A DNA stretch of 64,000 bases from Candidatus Eiseniibacteriota bacterium (GTDB lineage: Bacteria > Eisenbacteria > RBG-16-71-46). Positions 9,972-21,446 of this stretch are shown in pieces. The position numbers and the translations under genes are program-made. A model generated the notes under the pieces. The model was not told the DNA's origin, did no database searches, and saw only the letters and a program-made list of their open reading frames with translations. Position 1 is the first letter of the stretch. Each line of letters begins with the position of its first letter. The stretch covers positions 3,104,001 through 3,168,000 of the forward strand of contig OY970178.1 in NCBI GenBank assembly GCA_963707915.1. The letters run 5' to 3'.

Positions 9972-10562
9972 TCAGAACGCCCTCCCGCGCAGCCGGGCCA
10001 CGAGCTCGTCGCAGGCGTCCTGCGTCAGCCGTCCCAGCGAGCGCGAACTCTGGCCGAGGACCGGGATGCGGCTCTTGCCGCGCTTCGCGATCGAGGACCG
10101 CCAGACCACGTTCCCGGTGTTGGCGTCCAGCAGCTCCGCGTCGAACGACAGGACCGGGATGTCGCCGTTCTCCGTGCGCTGCATGGTGTACTCGCTGACC
10201 GCGCCGCGCAGCACGCCGGTGGCTCCCAGCCGGAGGGCCACCTCCTTGAGCTTCTGCAGGTCATACGTCCCGTCCGTCTCCGGCATGACGTTGTCCTTCA
10301 GCAGGGCGGTGCGGAACTCCTCGGGCTGCACGATCTGGTAGCGGTCCGTCATGATCAGCGAGGTGATGAAGGCGCGCGTGACGCGCGGTCCGGCCAGCCC
10401 CTCGCTGCTCAGGTTGGTGAACGGCAGCACGGCGATCCTGGTGTAGAAGGCCATGTCCGCGTCGGGATTCAGGTAGACCCGGGAGACCGGGGCGCAGGAG
10501 AGCAGGAGCAGGCCCAGGGCGGCGGCCGCCATGCGTGCCAGAGGATGGTGCTTCCCGGCCAT
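9972..10562 (-). CDS. CsgG/HfaB/PelC-like lipoprotein
   Basis: Lipobox LLLSC; RIAVLPFTNLS...LGATGVLRGAVSEY...LLDANTGNVVWR; GGAGG RBS; paralog of the neighbouring gene. Confidence 0.7.
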   Translation of the reverse strand: MAGKHHPLARMAAAALGLLLLSCAPVSRVYLNPDADMAFYTRIAVLPFTNLSSEGLAGPRVTRAFITSLIMTDRYQIVQPEEFRTALLKDNVMPETDGTYDLQKLKEVALRLGATGVLRGAVSEYTMQRTENGDIPVLSFDAELLDANTGNVVWRSSIAKRGKSRIPVLGQSSRSLGRLTQDACDELVARLRGRAF

Positions 10563-10563
10563 G

Positions 10564-12213
10564 CTACCTCCAGAGACTCTGGGACAAGGTCGCGCTCACC
10601 TGCCGGGCGCGGGTGGGAAGACCCGGGTCCGCCTGAGTGTAGCGAATCGTGGCGTGCAGGTCGCGGTTCAATGCCACGGCGAGCCAGGCGCCGTAGGCCT
10701 CACGGCCGGCCGTGAGCGACGTGCCGGGGTCGCGCAGTTGCTGGTTCGCGCGGGTGTAGGTGCCGCTCGCCTGGACGGTGCGCGAGGGGGTCCACTGCAC
10801 GCTGGCCTGCAGCGTCGAGCGGTCGGGCGCGTTGCGCACGAAGCCCCCGGCGCGGCCCCAGCTGCCGCTCGCCTGCAGCTTCTCCGAGGCCCGCCAGTCG
10901 AGGCTCGTCGTGTAGGTGGTCGAGGCCGGGCCGTCGCCCCGCAGCGTCGCGCCGGTGCGGTAGCGCCGCAGGTTCGCATTGAGGGTGACGGTGCGCAGCG
11001 GCACCGCGCGCAGGCCGGCGGCGGTCTGCAGCGTCACCAGGGTCGCGGCCGGGCCGGTTTCGAGGCCCGCGCTGGGGCGGTCGGCCCTGGAGAGCGAGGC
11101 CTCGCCGAAGGCGTCGAACCCCTTCGAGAGCCGCATCCGCGTGTTCGAGCGGATGCTCTGGACCGGGCGGGCGCGGTCGCCGGGGAGCCAGTTCCACGAC
11201 TGGTTCGCGCTCGCTCCCAACCTCCACCCGGGCCGGGCGTCGCCCTCGGCCGAGGCCGACGTGCTCAGGAAGCTCTCGGTCTCCTCGCTGCCCGCGACGT
11301 TGACGCTGCGCACTCCGCCGCCGCCGGACAACTGCACCGCCTTCCAGGGCCGGTGGATGACGCTGAGTGAGCCGTCGTGATCGACCTCGGTCGTGGTGGC
11401 GAACTGCGTGGTGCCCACGCTCCGGAAGCTGTAGGCGAGACTGGCAGAGGTCCGCTTGGAGATCGCCAGCCCCCCGTTCGCGGACGCGCTGTGCACGCGC
11501 GAGGTGGCGTCATGGGCCCCGTCGACCTGCCTGCGCGACTGGTTGTAGTCGTACTGGAGGACGGCATTCGCACGCCGGTTCTCGAGGCGCACGGTCGAGC
11601 CGGCGTTGACGTTCTCCTCGCTCCCGGTCCGCCGCCGCGCGCTGCGGTCCTCGTTGGCCAGGTCGCCGTAGCCCGCGTGGAGGTTCAGCCGCCCCAGGTC
11701 GTAGTTGGCCATCAGGCTGCGCCTCACGGCCGCTGTGCCCGGGAACGGGCCGCTCGCATCCTGGTTGCGACGGTTCCACGAGGCCGACAGCTGGGGAAGC
11801 CCGGCCCGCTGGAAGTAGCCCGTCAGGTTGGTCTCCTGCTGGCGGGTCGTGAGGTTGCGCGAATCGACGACCGTGATCGGCCGGTAGGAGCCGAACAGCC
11901 CGAACAGCGGATGGGCCAGGCGCAGGGAGCCCTGCGGGAGGATCTGGCGGTCGGGTCGTCCGATGGTGCGCTGGTCGGTGAACTGGAACCGGGACGAGAG
12001 CTCGTAGGCCTTGCGGAAGCGGCGGGAGTAGTCGAGTTGCACGGAGGTGAGCCACCATTCCACGTCGTTGGCCGGGTCCAGCAGGCTGAGCTTCGAGTAT
12101 TGCACCTCGGCGACTCCCCGGATCTTCTGCTGGGCGTCAGCGGGCCCGGCGAGCAGAACGGCCGCCATCGATGCCGCCACCAGCCCCGCCCCCAGCGCTC
12201 TTCGCCGCATCAT
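10564..12213 (-). CDS. Outer-membrane beta-barrel protein
   Basis: True start is MMRRRALGAGLVAASMAAVLLAGPADA (signal peptide; ATGA overlap with the upstream cytochrome); about 520 aa of amphipathic beta-strands. Confidence 0.75.
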   Translation of the reverse strand: MMRRRALGAGLVAASMAAVLLAGPADAQQKIRGVAEVQYSKLSLLDPANDVEWWLTSVQLDYSRRFRKAYELSSRFQFTDQRTIGRPDRQILPQGSLRLAHPLFGLFGSYRPITVVDSRNLTTRQQETNLTGYFQRAGLPQLSASWNRRNQDASGPFPGTAAVRRSLMANYDLGRLNLHAGYGDLANEDRSARRRTGSEENVNAGSTVRLENRRANAVLQYDYNQSRRQVDGAHDATSRVHSASANGGLAISKRTSASLAYSFRSVGTTQFATTTEVDHDGSLSVIHRPWKAVQLSGGGGVRSVNVAGSEETESFLSTSASAEGDARPGWRLGASANQSWNWLPGDRARPVQSIRSNTRMRLSKGFDAFGEASLSRADRPSAGLETGPAATLVTLQTAAGLRAVPLRTVTLNANLRRYRTGATLRGDGPASTTYTTSLDWRASEKLQASGSWGRAGGFVRNAPDRSTLQASVQWTPSRTVQASGTYTRANQQLRDPGTSLTAGREAYGAWLAVALNRDLHATIRYTQADPGLPTRARQVSATLSQSLWR

Positions 12214-13613
12214 CGAGCATAGTTGATCGTGTACGACTCGGGATCGTGACACGTCGGCGAGCAGGTGCCGCCGCTGGCCGTCTCGGTGTAGGAGCCGATG
12301 CCCGGGTTGCGCCCCGTGGCGATGAGATGGCGCTGGTCGGGCGAGCCGTGCGTGACGTGGCAGGCGTAACAGGGGACGTGCTCCTCGCCGACGTGCTCGG
12401 CGTGGCCCTTGTCCACCCCGGGCTTGTTGAACCGCGAGAGGGCCCTCGTCGCCTCGGGCGCGCCCGGGTCCGCGTAGACTTCGGGGGTGTGGCAGGCGAA
12501 GCAGATCTCGCCGGTGCTCATCGTCCGCGGCTGGGGCGAGGCGGTGTAGGGCTGCGTCAGGATGTAGCGGTACGAGGAGCCGTGCGGCCCGCGCGTGGAC
12601 CCGACGAAATCGCTGCCGTGGCAATCGCCGCAGCGCGTGAGGCTGGCGGCGCTCCAGCCGGGCGCGAACGCGCCGGCCGGGATCCCCGGGTTGCGGCCCG
12701 CGGCCTCGACCGGGTGGAACGACTCGTTCGCCGGGTTCAGGACCAGGGCCAGGTCGGTCTGCCCCGAGGGCTGGCTGGTCCAGGACGAATGGCACTTGAA
12801 GCAGAGCTGGTATTCCGCCACCGGCGCGCTCAGCGTATCGGAGCCGGCGGCGAACGTGAACGTGGGGGGCGTGCCCGCCGGGCCGTTCTGCACCAGCACC
12901 CGACTCACGCCCAGGTTGGTGCGCGAGAGCCCGGGGGCGGCCGGCGTGGCGGGCCGGTCGGCGCCGGCCACGTGCGGGTTGTGGCAGTCGACGCACTCGG
13001 AGTGGCGCGCGTTCGCGGGCGAGACCCCGAAGTCGGCGGGATCGGATTCGGCCGGTCCCTTGTGGCGCCCGGAGTAGAGCCGCACCGGGTGCCGGTAGAC
13101 CTTGGCGAGATCGGCGCCGATGTTGGTGGAAGCGGGCGCGCCGTCATGGCAGGTGAGGCAGAGAGTCTCCTCGCGCCCGATGGCGAGCGCCGGGATCAGC
13201 CCGCCGGCGTCCGACCAGCCGTGCGGGTCGTGGCAGTTGAGGCACTTGCCCTCCGCGCCCGGCTCGGTGCGTGGCGGGGGGGTGGGCCCCGGCCAGGCGG
13301 TCCCGGTGGCCGTGCCGTGAGAGGCGCCGGAGTACACCCAGGGCCCCGCGTAGCTGCCGGCCGTCCAGGGCTTGTCGTGGCAGCGGTCGCAAAGCGAGTT
13401 GTCGTCCGGGCCGAGCAGCGCGTGCCCGTAGACGACATCCCCCTGGCCGTGCACGGTGTGGCACTGGTCGCAGTCGCCCGCGTGCGCGCCCTGCGCCAGG
13501 AGCTTCTCGACGCCGGCGGGGGTGCGATAGGGATGCAGGGGCTGCGCTCCAGTCGCCAGCAGGCACACCAACGCCAGCCCCGCGAGGCTCGAGACGAGAT
13601 CCCTCGGTCGCAT
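12210..13613 (-). CDS. Multiheme cytochrome c (9 CxxCH + 1 CX3CH)
   Basis: Signal peptide from ATG 13613; CDQCH, CDRCH, CLNCH, CLTCH, CVDCH, CFKCH, CGDCH, CFACH, CYACH and terminal CSPTCH. Confidence 0.88.
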   Translation of the reverse strand: MRPRDLVSSLAGLALVCLLATGAQPLHPYRTPAGVEKLLAQGAHAGDCDQCHTVHGQGDVVYGHALLGPDDNSLCDRCHDKPWTAGSYAGPWVYSGASHGTATGTAWPGPTPPPRTEPGAEGKCLNCHDPHGWSDAGGLIPALAIGREETLCLTCHDGAPASTNIGADLAKVYRHPVRLYSGRHKGPAESDPADFGVSPANARHSECVDCHNPHVAGADRPATPAAPGLSRTNLGVSRVLVQNGPAGTPPTFTFAAGSDTLSAPVAEYQLCFKCHSSWTSQPSGQTDLALVLNPANESFHPVEAAGRNPGIPAGAFAPGWSAASLTRCGDCHGSDFVGSTRGPHGSSYRYILTQPYTASPQPRTMSTGEICFACHTPEVYADPGAPEATRALSRFNKPGVDKGHAEHVGEEHVPCYACHVTHGSPDQRHLIATGRNPGIGSYTETASGGTCSPTCHDPESYTINYAR

Positions 13614-13692
13614 GCTGCCCAGATTAGCCCAGCGCGTCGAAAACCTCACGCTGCCCACCCGTCCCGGCCTGGAAGTGGATGCCCGATGGACA

Positions 13693-13725
13693 TCCGGCCG
13701 ACTCCGGGATGCGGAGCCGGCCGGA
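13693..13725 (-). terminator. Strong intergenic hairpin after the omcS-like gene (mRNA stabiliser or partial terminator)
   Basis: Minus strand TCCGGCCGGCTCCG-CATCC-CGGAGTCGGCCGGA, 14-bp stem with one G-U pair; no clear U-tract. Confidence 0.5.
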
Positions 13726-13746
13726 CCTTGCCCGATGTTGCGAGGC

Positions 13747-14820
13747 TCAGGGGATGATCGCGACCGGGTTGCCGGCCGGGAAGCTGCCCTGGGTGTGGCA
13801 CTGACGGCACAGGTCGCGGTACTCGCCGCCGTCACCCTGCTCGGTGATGTCGGTCGGGGTTGCGGGCGTGTTGGGACCGGTCGTGGTGTTGTCCACGAAC
13901 CAGATCAGCCCGAAGCCGTTCTGGTTGCCGTGCGACTTGTGGCAGGTGAAGCACGACGGGGTCGCGGTGGCGGTCGAACCGTCCCACTGGCCCAGCCCGT
14001 CCATCAGCTTGACCTTGTGCGTGTGCAGGTTCAGCTGGGTGCGGTTGCTGGTGCTGAGGTCCACGCCGGCCGTCGGGTGACGGACCACGCCGTCGACGGT
14101 CTCGATGTTGGCGTCCGCCGGTGAGCCGTGGAAGGTCGTGTGGCAGGCCTGGCACCATGCGCCGTAGGCGCTCGTGGTCTGGCTCGGCTCCTGGTAGTTG
14201 ACGTTGTTCCAGCCGTAGCCGCGCGCGGCCGCCTCGTAGACGTCCTTCGTGTTGGTGGGCGTCCCGCCGATCTCGTAGGAGACGAACCGGTTGTAGAAGG
14301 CGTTGGTGCTGCGCGTGCTGCTCTTCAGGTTGCGGTAGTTCGCCGCGCCGTGCGCGGAGTGGCAGTCCGCACAACCCAGGCCGCTCGCGCTCACGGGCGA
14401 AGTCGTGCCGCTGAAGCCCGGCGGCGTGGCGGTCGACCACAGCGTGTGGCCGTCACCGACGGAGTAGCCGGCGTCGTTCGTGTAGCCGTGGCCCGACTCG
14501 ACGTTCAGCGCACCGGCGAGGCGGCCGTTCAGCGGGGCCGCGCTCGTGGTGCCGAGCACGTCCGGAACGTCCGTGCGACCGTCGTGGCACGAGAGGCACA
14601 CCGCGTTGACCGACGACTGGCGCAGCAGCTTCGCGAACGGAGCGCCGGCGCCCGGAGGATTCAGCTCGCCGGTCTCGGGGTAGGTGTGCGACTGCTGGCC
14701 GTGCATCACGTGGCAATCGCTGCAGACCAGCAACTGGCCGACGTGATAGTCGCCCGACAACGCGACGGTCGTGAGACCGGCGAGGGCCAGGACGACGAGG
14801 GAGAGCAACAGGCGCTTCAT
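13747..14820 (-). CDS. OmcS-like hexaheme cytochrome c (candidate nanowire subunit)
   Basis: Six CxxCH motifs in OmcS-like context: YHVG....CSDCHVMH; LL......CLSCH; GH...PPG; LGCADCHSAHG..YRNL; WCQACH..FH...RHP; CFTCHKSH; RDLCRQCH. GAGGAG RBS. Confidence 0.8.
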   Translation of the reverse strand: MKRLLLSLVVLALAGLTTVALSGDYHVGQLLVCSDCHVMHGQQSHTYPETGELNPPGAGAPFAKLLRQSSVNAVCLSCHDGRTDVPDVLGTTSAAPLNGRLAGALNVESGHGYTNDAGYSVGDGHTLWSTATPPGFSGTTSPVSASGLGCADCHSAHGAANYRNLKSSTRSTNAFYNRFVSYEIGGTPTNTKDVYEAAARGYGWNNVNYQEPSQTTSAYGAWCQACHTTFHGSPADANIETVDGVVRHPTAGVDLSTSNRTQLNLHTHKVKLMDGLGQWDGSTATATPSCFTCHKSHGNQNGFGLIWFVDNTTTGPNTPATPTDITEQGDGGEYRDLCRQCHTQGSFPAGNPVAIIP

Positions 14821-15378
14821 GAGTTTGCTCCTCGTGGTGGTGGGGGATGCTTCGGGTTCGAATCTTCAGGAGTCGGGTCTGAAGGTAACGAGCGAGTTGC
14901 GCTGACCCCCCTTTCGAACCCGGGAGTGGGAACGAGTGCTGGTCCAGCGGCGTTTCGCAGGACCGTGCTCGATTCGAACGGACCTTCCTGAGCCTTCGGA
15001 TCGGGCGGGAGGCGGGAGGCGTTCTGCCTCCCTCCGTCACCCTGCGTCTCGACCACGAGTGACTCAGGACGTTGAGACGGGAACGATGATACGGTAATGT
15101 GAACTGCGCGTCTAGGTGAAAGTACTGATGCGAGGTCCGCAGTCCACCTGTGGTCTGGTGTTCTAAAGTACCATGTGCCATCTAGATACGTAGACTAATG
15201 GCTATCAACGACATGAGTCCGCTTCTGGGAACGGATGGTCCTTACCGGCGCTTGCCGAATCAACTGGAGTCTGAAATCCTCCGTCGACTAGGCCATTTCC
15301 CGCTCTTGTGTTCCATAAAGAAACGATTGGTTGGATGGTCTTCCGCCCGTCGAGTGACCCATAATTCCGAGGGAAGTC

Positions 15379-17589
15379 GTGAATCTTGGTGACCTGCTGC
15401 TGAAGCTCGCATTCCTGCTCGCGGTCCCGGCCGCCTTCCTCTTCTTCCAGGACGTCCGGGGCCGCCGCGGGCCCGCAGCGGCTGAATGGATGTTCGGGCT
15501 CCACTCGGCCGCCATCCTCGGCGCGGTCGTCACGCTCTGGGCGCTCTTCCTCGGCCACCGCTTCGAGTACGCCTACATCGCCGAGTACAGTTCCCGCGCC
15601 CTCTCGCCCGCGCTCACCTTTGCGGCCTCCTGGGCCGGGCAGGAGGGCAGCATCCTGCTCTGGGCACTGCTCATGGCGCTGGTGGGCGTCGCCCTGATGC
15701 GGCAGCCGGGGCCGCTCTCCCGGCCGGCGATGTTCTTCGTCGCGCTCGCCCAGCTCGGCCTGCTGGTGCTGCTCCTGGTGCGCAGTCCGTTCCGCGTGAG
15801 CCACGTCACCCCGGCGGACGGCCAGGGCCTGAACCCGCTGCTCGAGGATCCCTGGATGGTCGTCCATCCGCCGGTGCTCTTCGTGGGGTACGCGGCGATG
15901 GTGGCCCCCTTCGCCCTGGCGGGCGCCGCGCTGGTGCTCGGTCTGTGGCGCGAATGGAACCGCGCCGTTTGGCCCTGGGTGCTGTTCGCGGTGCTCTCGC
16001 TCGGAACCGGCATCGCCCTCGGCGGCATCTGGGCCTACAAGGTGCTGGGCTGGGGCGGCTACTGGGGCTGGGACCCGGTCGAGAACGCCTCGCTCGTGCC
16101 CTGGCTCGTCGCGGTCGCGCTCCTGCACGGCCTGTTCATCCAGAAGACCACCGGTGGGCTGGTGCGCAGCAACCTGCTCATGGCGTTCCTGGGATGGCTC
16201 ACCGTGCTCGGCGGGACCTACCTGACCCGCAGCGGCGTGCTGCAGGACTTCTCGGTCCACTCCTTCGCCGACTCGGGCCTCAACGTGCCGCTGATCGTCA
16301 ACCTGGCCGGCGCCCTGCTGATCGCGGCCGTGCTGCTGGCCTGGCGCTGGCGCGCGATCGAGTCGAGGCCCACCCGCTGGACCAGCGTCTCGCGCGAGGC
16401 CGCGCTGTGGGTCGGGCTCGTCACGGTGCTGGTCTTCGCGGCCATGGTGACCTTCGGCACGATCGCTCCGCTGCTCACCTCGCTGGCCGGCCGGCCCGCC
16501 AGCGTGCGCCCGTCGTTCTACCAGTCGATGAGCGTGCCGCTCGGCGTCCTGCTGGTGCTGGTCATGGCGGTCGCGCCGGCGCTGCGCTGGTCGCGGCAGG
16601 TGGGGTTCGGCTGGCTCACGGCGCTCGCCCCGGGGTTCCTGTGCGCGCTGCTGGCGTTCGGGGGCGCGCTCCTCACGGGCGTGCGGGACGGGGCGCACCT
16701 GGCGCTGCTCGCCACGACCGGGTTCGCCCTCGGGATCAACGCGTGGATGACCGTGAAGCTGTTCCGCCGCGGCTGGAGCTACGGCGCGGGCTACCTCGGG
16801 CACGCGGGGCTCGCCATCATGATCCTGGGGATGGTGATGTCCACGGCGCTGGGACGCACCGAGCGCCTGACGCTGCGGACGGGCGAATCGGGGCAGGCCC
16901 TCGGCTACACGATCACCTACCGCGGAGACCATTTCGATCCGCGCGGTGGCCACCAGCTCGACGTGCTGGTGAGCCGCAAGGGCTGGAGCTTCGAGGCCCG
17001 CCCGCAGCTGCTGAAGATGCCGCAGGGCGAGGGCAGCATGCACAAGCCGGCCATCAGCGGCCGGCGCGAGCTCTACCTGTCGCCAGTGGACGTGCAGCGG
17101 CTGGAGAGCGACGCGGACCGGATCGTGTGGCTGCCGCAGGGCCAGGCGGTGCCGGCGCTGGGACTGACCTGGACCTTCGTGGGGTTCCGGATGGAGTCGC
17201 ACGAGGCCATGCAGGTCCTGGCCGACATCGATGTCCGCCGGAGCGGGCCGGCGGTGCGGATCTCCCCCGGGATGCGCGCCGACGCGCAGGGGACCCGGGC
17301 GCTGCCGGTCGAGGTGGCCGGCCTGGGGCAGGTCACGGTCGAACGGATCGACGCGGATCGCAAGCGGGTGGGTGTGCTGCTCCCGGGTGCCGGGGCGGCG
17401 AGCCAGGCGGTGCTGGAGTTCAGCACCAAGCCGCTGGTCAACCTGGTCTGGGTGGGCGCGCTCATCACCCTGCTCGGGGCCGCGCTGGCCGGCCTGCGCC
17501 GTGCCATCGAGGTCGTGCCTGGCGCGCGACGCCGGCGGGCCGCCGCCGCTCCGGCCGCTCCAGCCGTCCCGACCGGCGGGGCCCGGTAA
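15379..17589 (+). CDS. ccmF: Cytochrome c heme lyase, CcmF/NrfE family
   Basis: WAGQEGSILLW, GLNPLL, HPPVLFVGY, WWD motif WAYKVLGWGGYWGWDPVENASLVPW, TRSGV..SVHSF, C-terminal KPLVNLVWVG. Confidence 0.9.
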   Translation: MNLGDLLLKLAFLLAVPAAFLFFQDVRGRRGPAAAEWMFGLHSAAILGAVVTLWALFLGHRFEYAYIAEYSSRALSPALTFAASWAGQEGSILLWALLMALVGVALMRQPGPLSRPAMFFVALAQLGLLVLLLVRSPFRVSHVTPADGQGLNPLLEDPWMVVHPPVLFVGYAAMVAPFALAGAALVLGLWREWNRAVWPWVLFAVLSLGTGIALGGIWAYKVLGWGGYWGWDPVENASLVPWLVAVALLHGLFIQKTTGGLVRSNLLMAFLGWLTVLGGTYLTRSGVLQDFSVHSFADSGLNVPLIVNLAGALLIAAVLLAWRWRAIESRPTRWTSVSREAALWVGLVTVLVFAAMVTFGTIAPLLTSLAGRPASVRPSFYQSMSVPLGVLLVLVMAVAPALRWSRQVGFGWLTALAPGFLCALLAFGGALLTGVRDGAHLALLATTGFALGINAWMTVKLFRRGWSYGAGYLGHAGLAIMILGMVMSTALGRTERLTLRTGESGQALGYTITYRGDHFDPRGGHQLDVLVSRKGWSFEARPQLLKMPQGEGSMHKPAISGRRELYLSPVDVQRLESDADRIVWLPQGQAVPALGLTWTFVGFRMESHEAMQVLADIDVRRSGPAVRISPGMRADAQGTRALPVEVAGLGQVTVERIDADRKRVGVLLPGAGAASQAVLEFSTKPLVNLVWVGALITLLGAALAGLRRAIEVVPGARRRRAAAAPAAPAVPTGGAR

Positions 17590-17662
17590 GCGGTCAACTT
17601 CGGCGTGTCGGTGGCCGATAACCCGAGAGCCGCGAGATCGACTCCGGGAGGATGCCACGACG

Positions 17663-18487
17663 ATGACCCACCCTGACGACGTACTGCGCGCGCGCGAGTG
17701 GCTCGAGCGCCAGTTGGCCGACCTCGGTCAACTGCGCAACGCGACGCGGCGTGACCAGAGTTTCAAGACGTGGCGGCAGCAGACCCTCACGGTGATCCAG
17801 CGGGTCTGGCCCGGCGACGCGCGCCGGGTGGACCGCTTCCGCCGCATCCCGTTCAGTCCGCCGGGCCAGCATGCCACGGCCGACCAGGTGCGCGATGGCT
17901 ACGAGCGCGGCTGGGGCGAGGCGGGGGTGCTGCTGCGGGAGTTCCTCTCCGAGATCAACCTGCTCGGCCTGCCGCAGATCCGCGCGGCCGGGACCAGCGC
18001 GGGCTCGGAGACCGAGGCCGCGATGGGTCCGATCCCGGCGCTGGACGGCCGCAAGGCGCCGCGGCCGCCGGCAGCCGCCGCGCCGGCCGCCGCCGCGCCG
18101 GCCGCCCCGGGCCCGCCTACGGGACCCCCGCCACTCGAACGCCGGTCCGGCGGTGACGTCGGCCGCGCGATGGACCGGCTGCTGGGGCGCGCGCGGGGCT
18201 TTGCCGGACCGGCCGAAGTGCCGCCCGCGCCTCAGGACGCGGCGCCCGAGCCGGGCTCTCCGGCGGCGGAGCTGGAGCGGATCGCGGGCGAGCTGGAGAC
18301 GCTGGGGCTCACGCCGGCGATGGCCGTCCCGGCACGCGCCGCGCTGCTCGCGCTGGCGCGCGAGGCGCGCTCGAAGCCGCCGCGCTGGGAGTTGGTGGGC
18401 GAGGCGCTGGCCCACGCCGGGGCCACCCCGGCGCTGGCGCGGCGCGTGCTGCCGCTGCTGCACGAGTTCGTCGCGAAAGCGGCGTAG
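17663..18487 (+). CDS. Hypothetical protein (helical N-domain, Pro/Ala linker, helical C-domain)
   Basis: ATG after GGAGG; coding-like composition; no family recognised. Confidence 0.6.
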   Translation: MTHPDDVLRAREWLERQLADLGQLRNATRRDQSFKTWRQQTLTVIQRVWPGDARRVDRFRRIPFSPPGQHATADQVRDGYERGWGEAGVLLREFLSEINLLGLPQIRAAGTSAGSETEAAMGPIPALDGRKAPRPPAAAAPAAAAPAAPGPPTGPPPLERRSGGDVGRAMDRLLGRARGFAGPAEVPPAPQDAAPEPGSPAAELERIAGELETLGLTPAMAVPARAALLALAREARSKPPRWELVGEALAHAGATPALARRVLPLLHEFVAKAA

Positions 18488-18604
18488 CCCCGGTCCCGCC
18501 GGGACGGACCGCGCGGTTGCCCGGGGACGCCACCCGGGCCCTCCGGCCGTGGACCGTTGCGCCACGGCTCCTGTGCTATCCTGCGATTCCCTAAGGGAAT
18601 CCGC

Positions 18605-21274
<2,670 letters not shown>

Positions 21275-21446
21275 ACATGCGCCCGCGCGATTGACCGCGG
21301 GGACGGCTTCGTGTTCCACTGGGCGGGTTCGTCCAGTGTCATCCCGGCAGGGAGCGGCGGGGCCCGACACGATCCGGATCCGAGCGCAGGCCTCCGGATG
21401 ACCCGCCACCCTTCGTCCACGGCCTCCAGGGGCTCCACCTCGAGCG

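Noticed and set aside
15163..15180. TGGCAC upstream of the omcS-like gene as a sigma54 promoter
   Set aside because: No GC at the -12 position (TGGCACATGGTACTT).
14821..15378. GEMM-I cyclic dinucleotide riboswitch as in Geobacter omcS
   Set aside because: Hallmark GGCAAAC/GACGCAAAGC elements not found by eye; an Rfam scan is still advisable.
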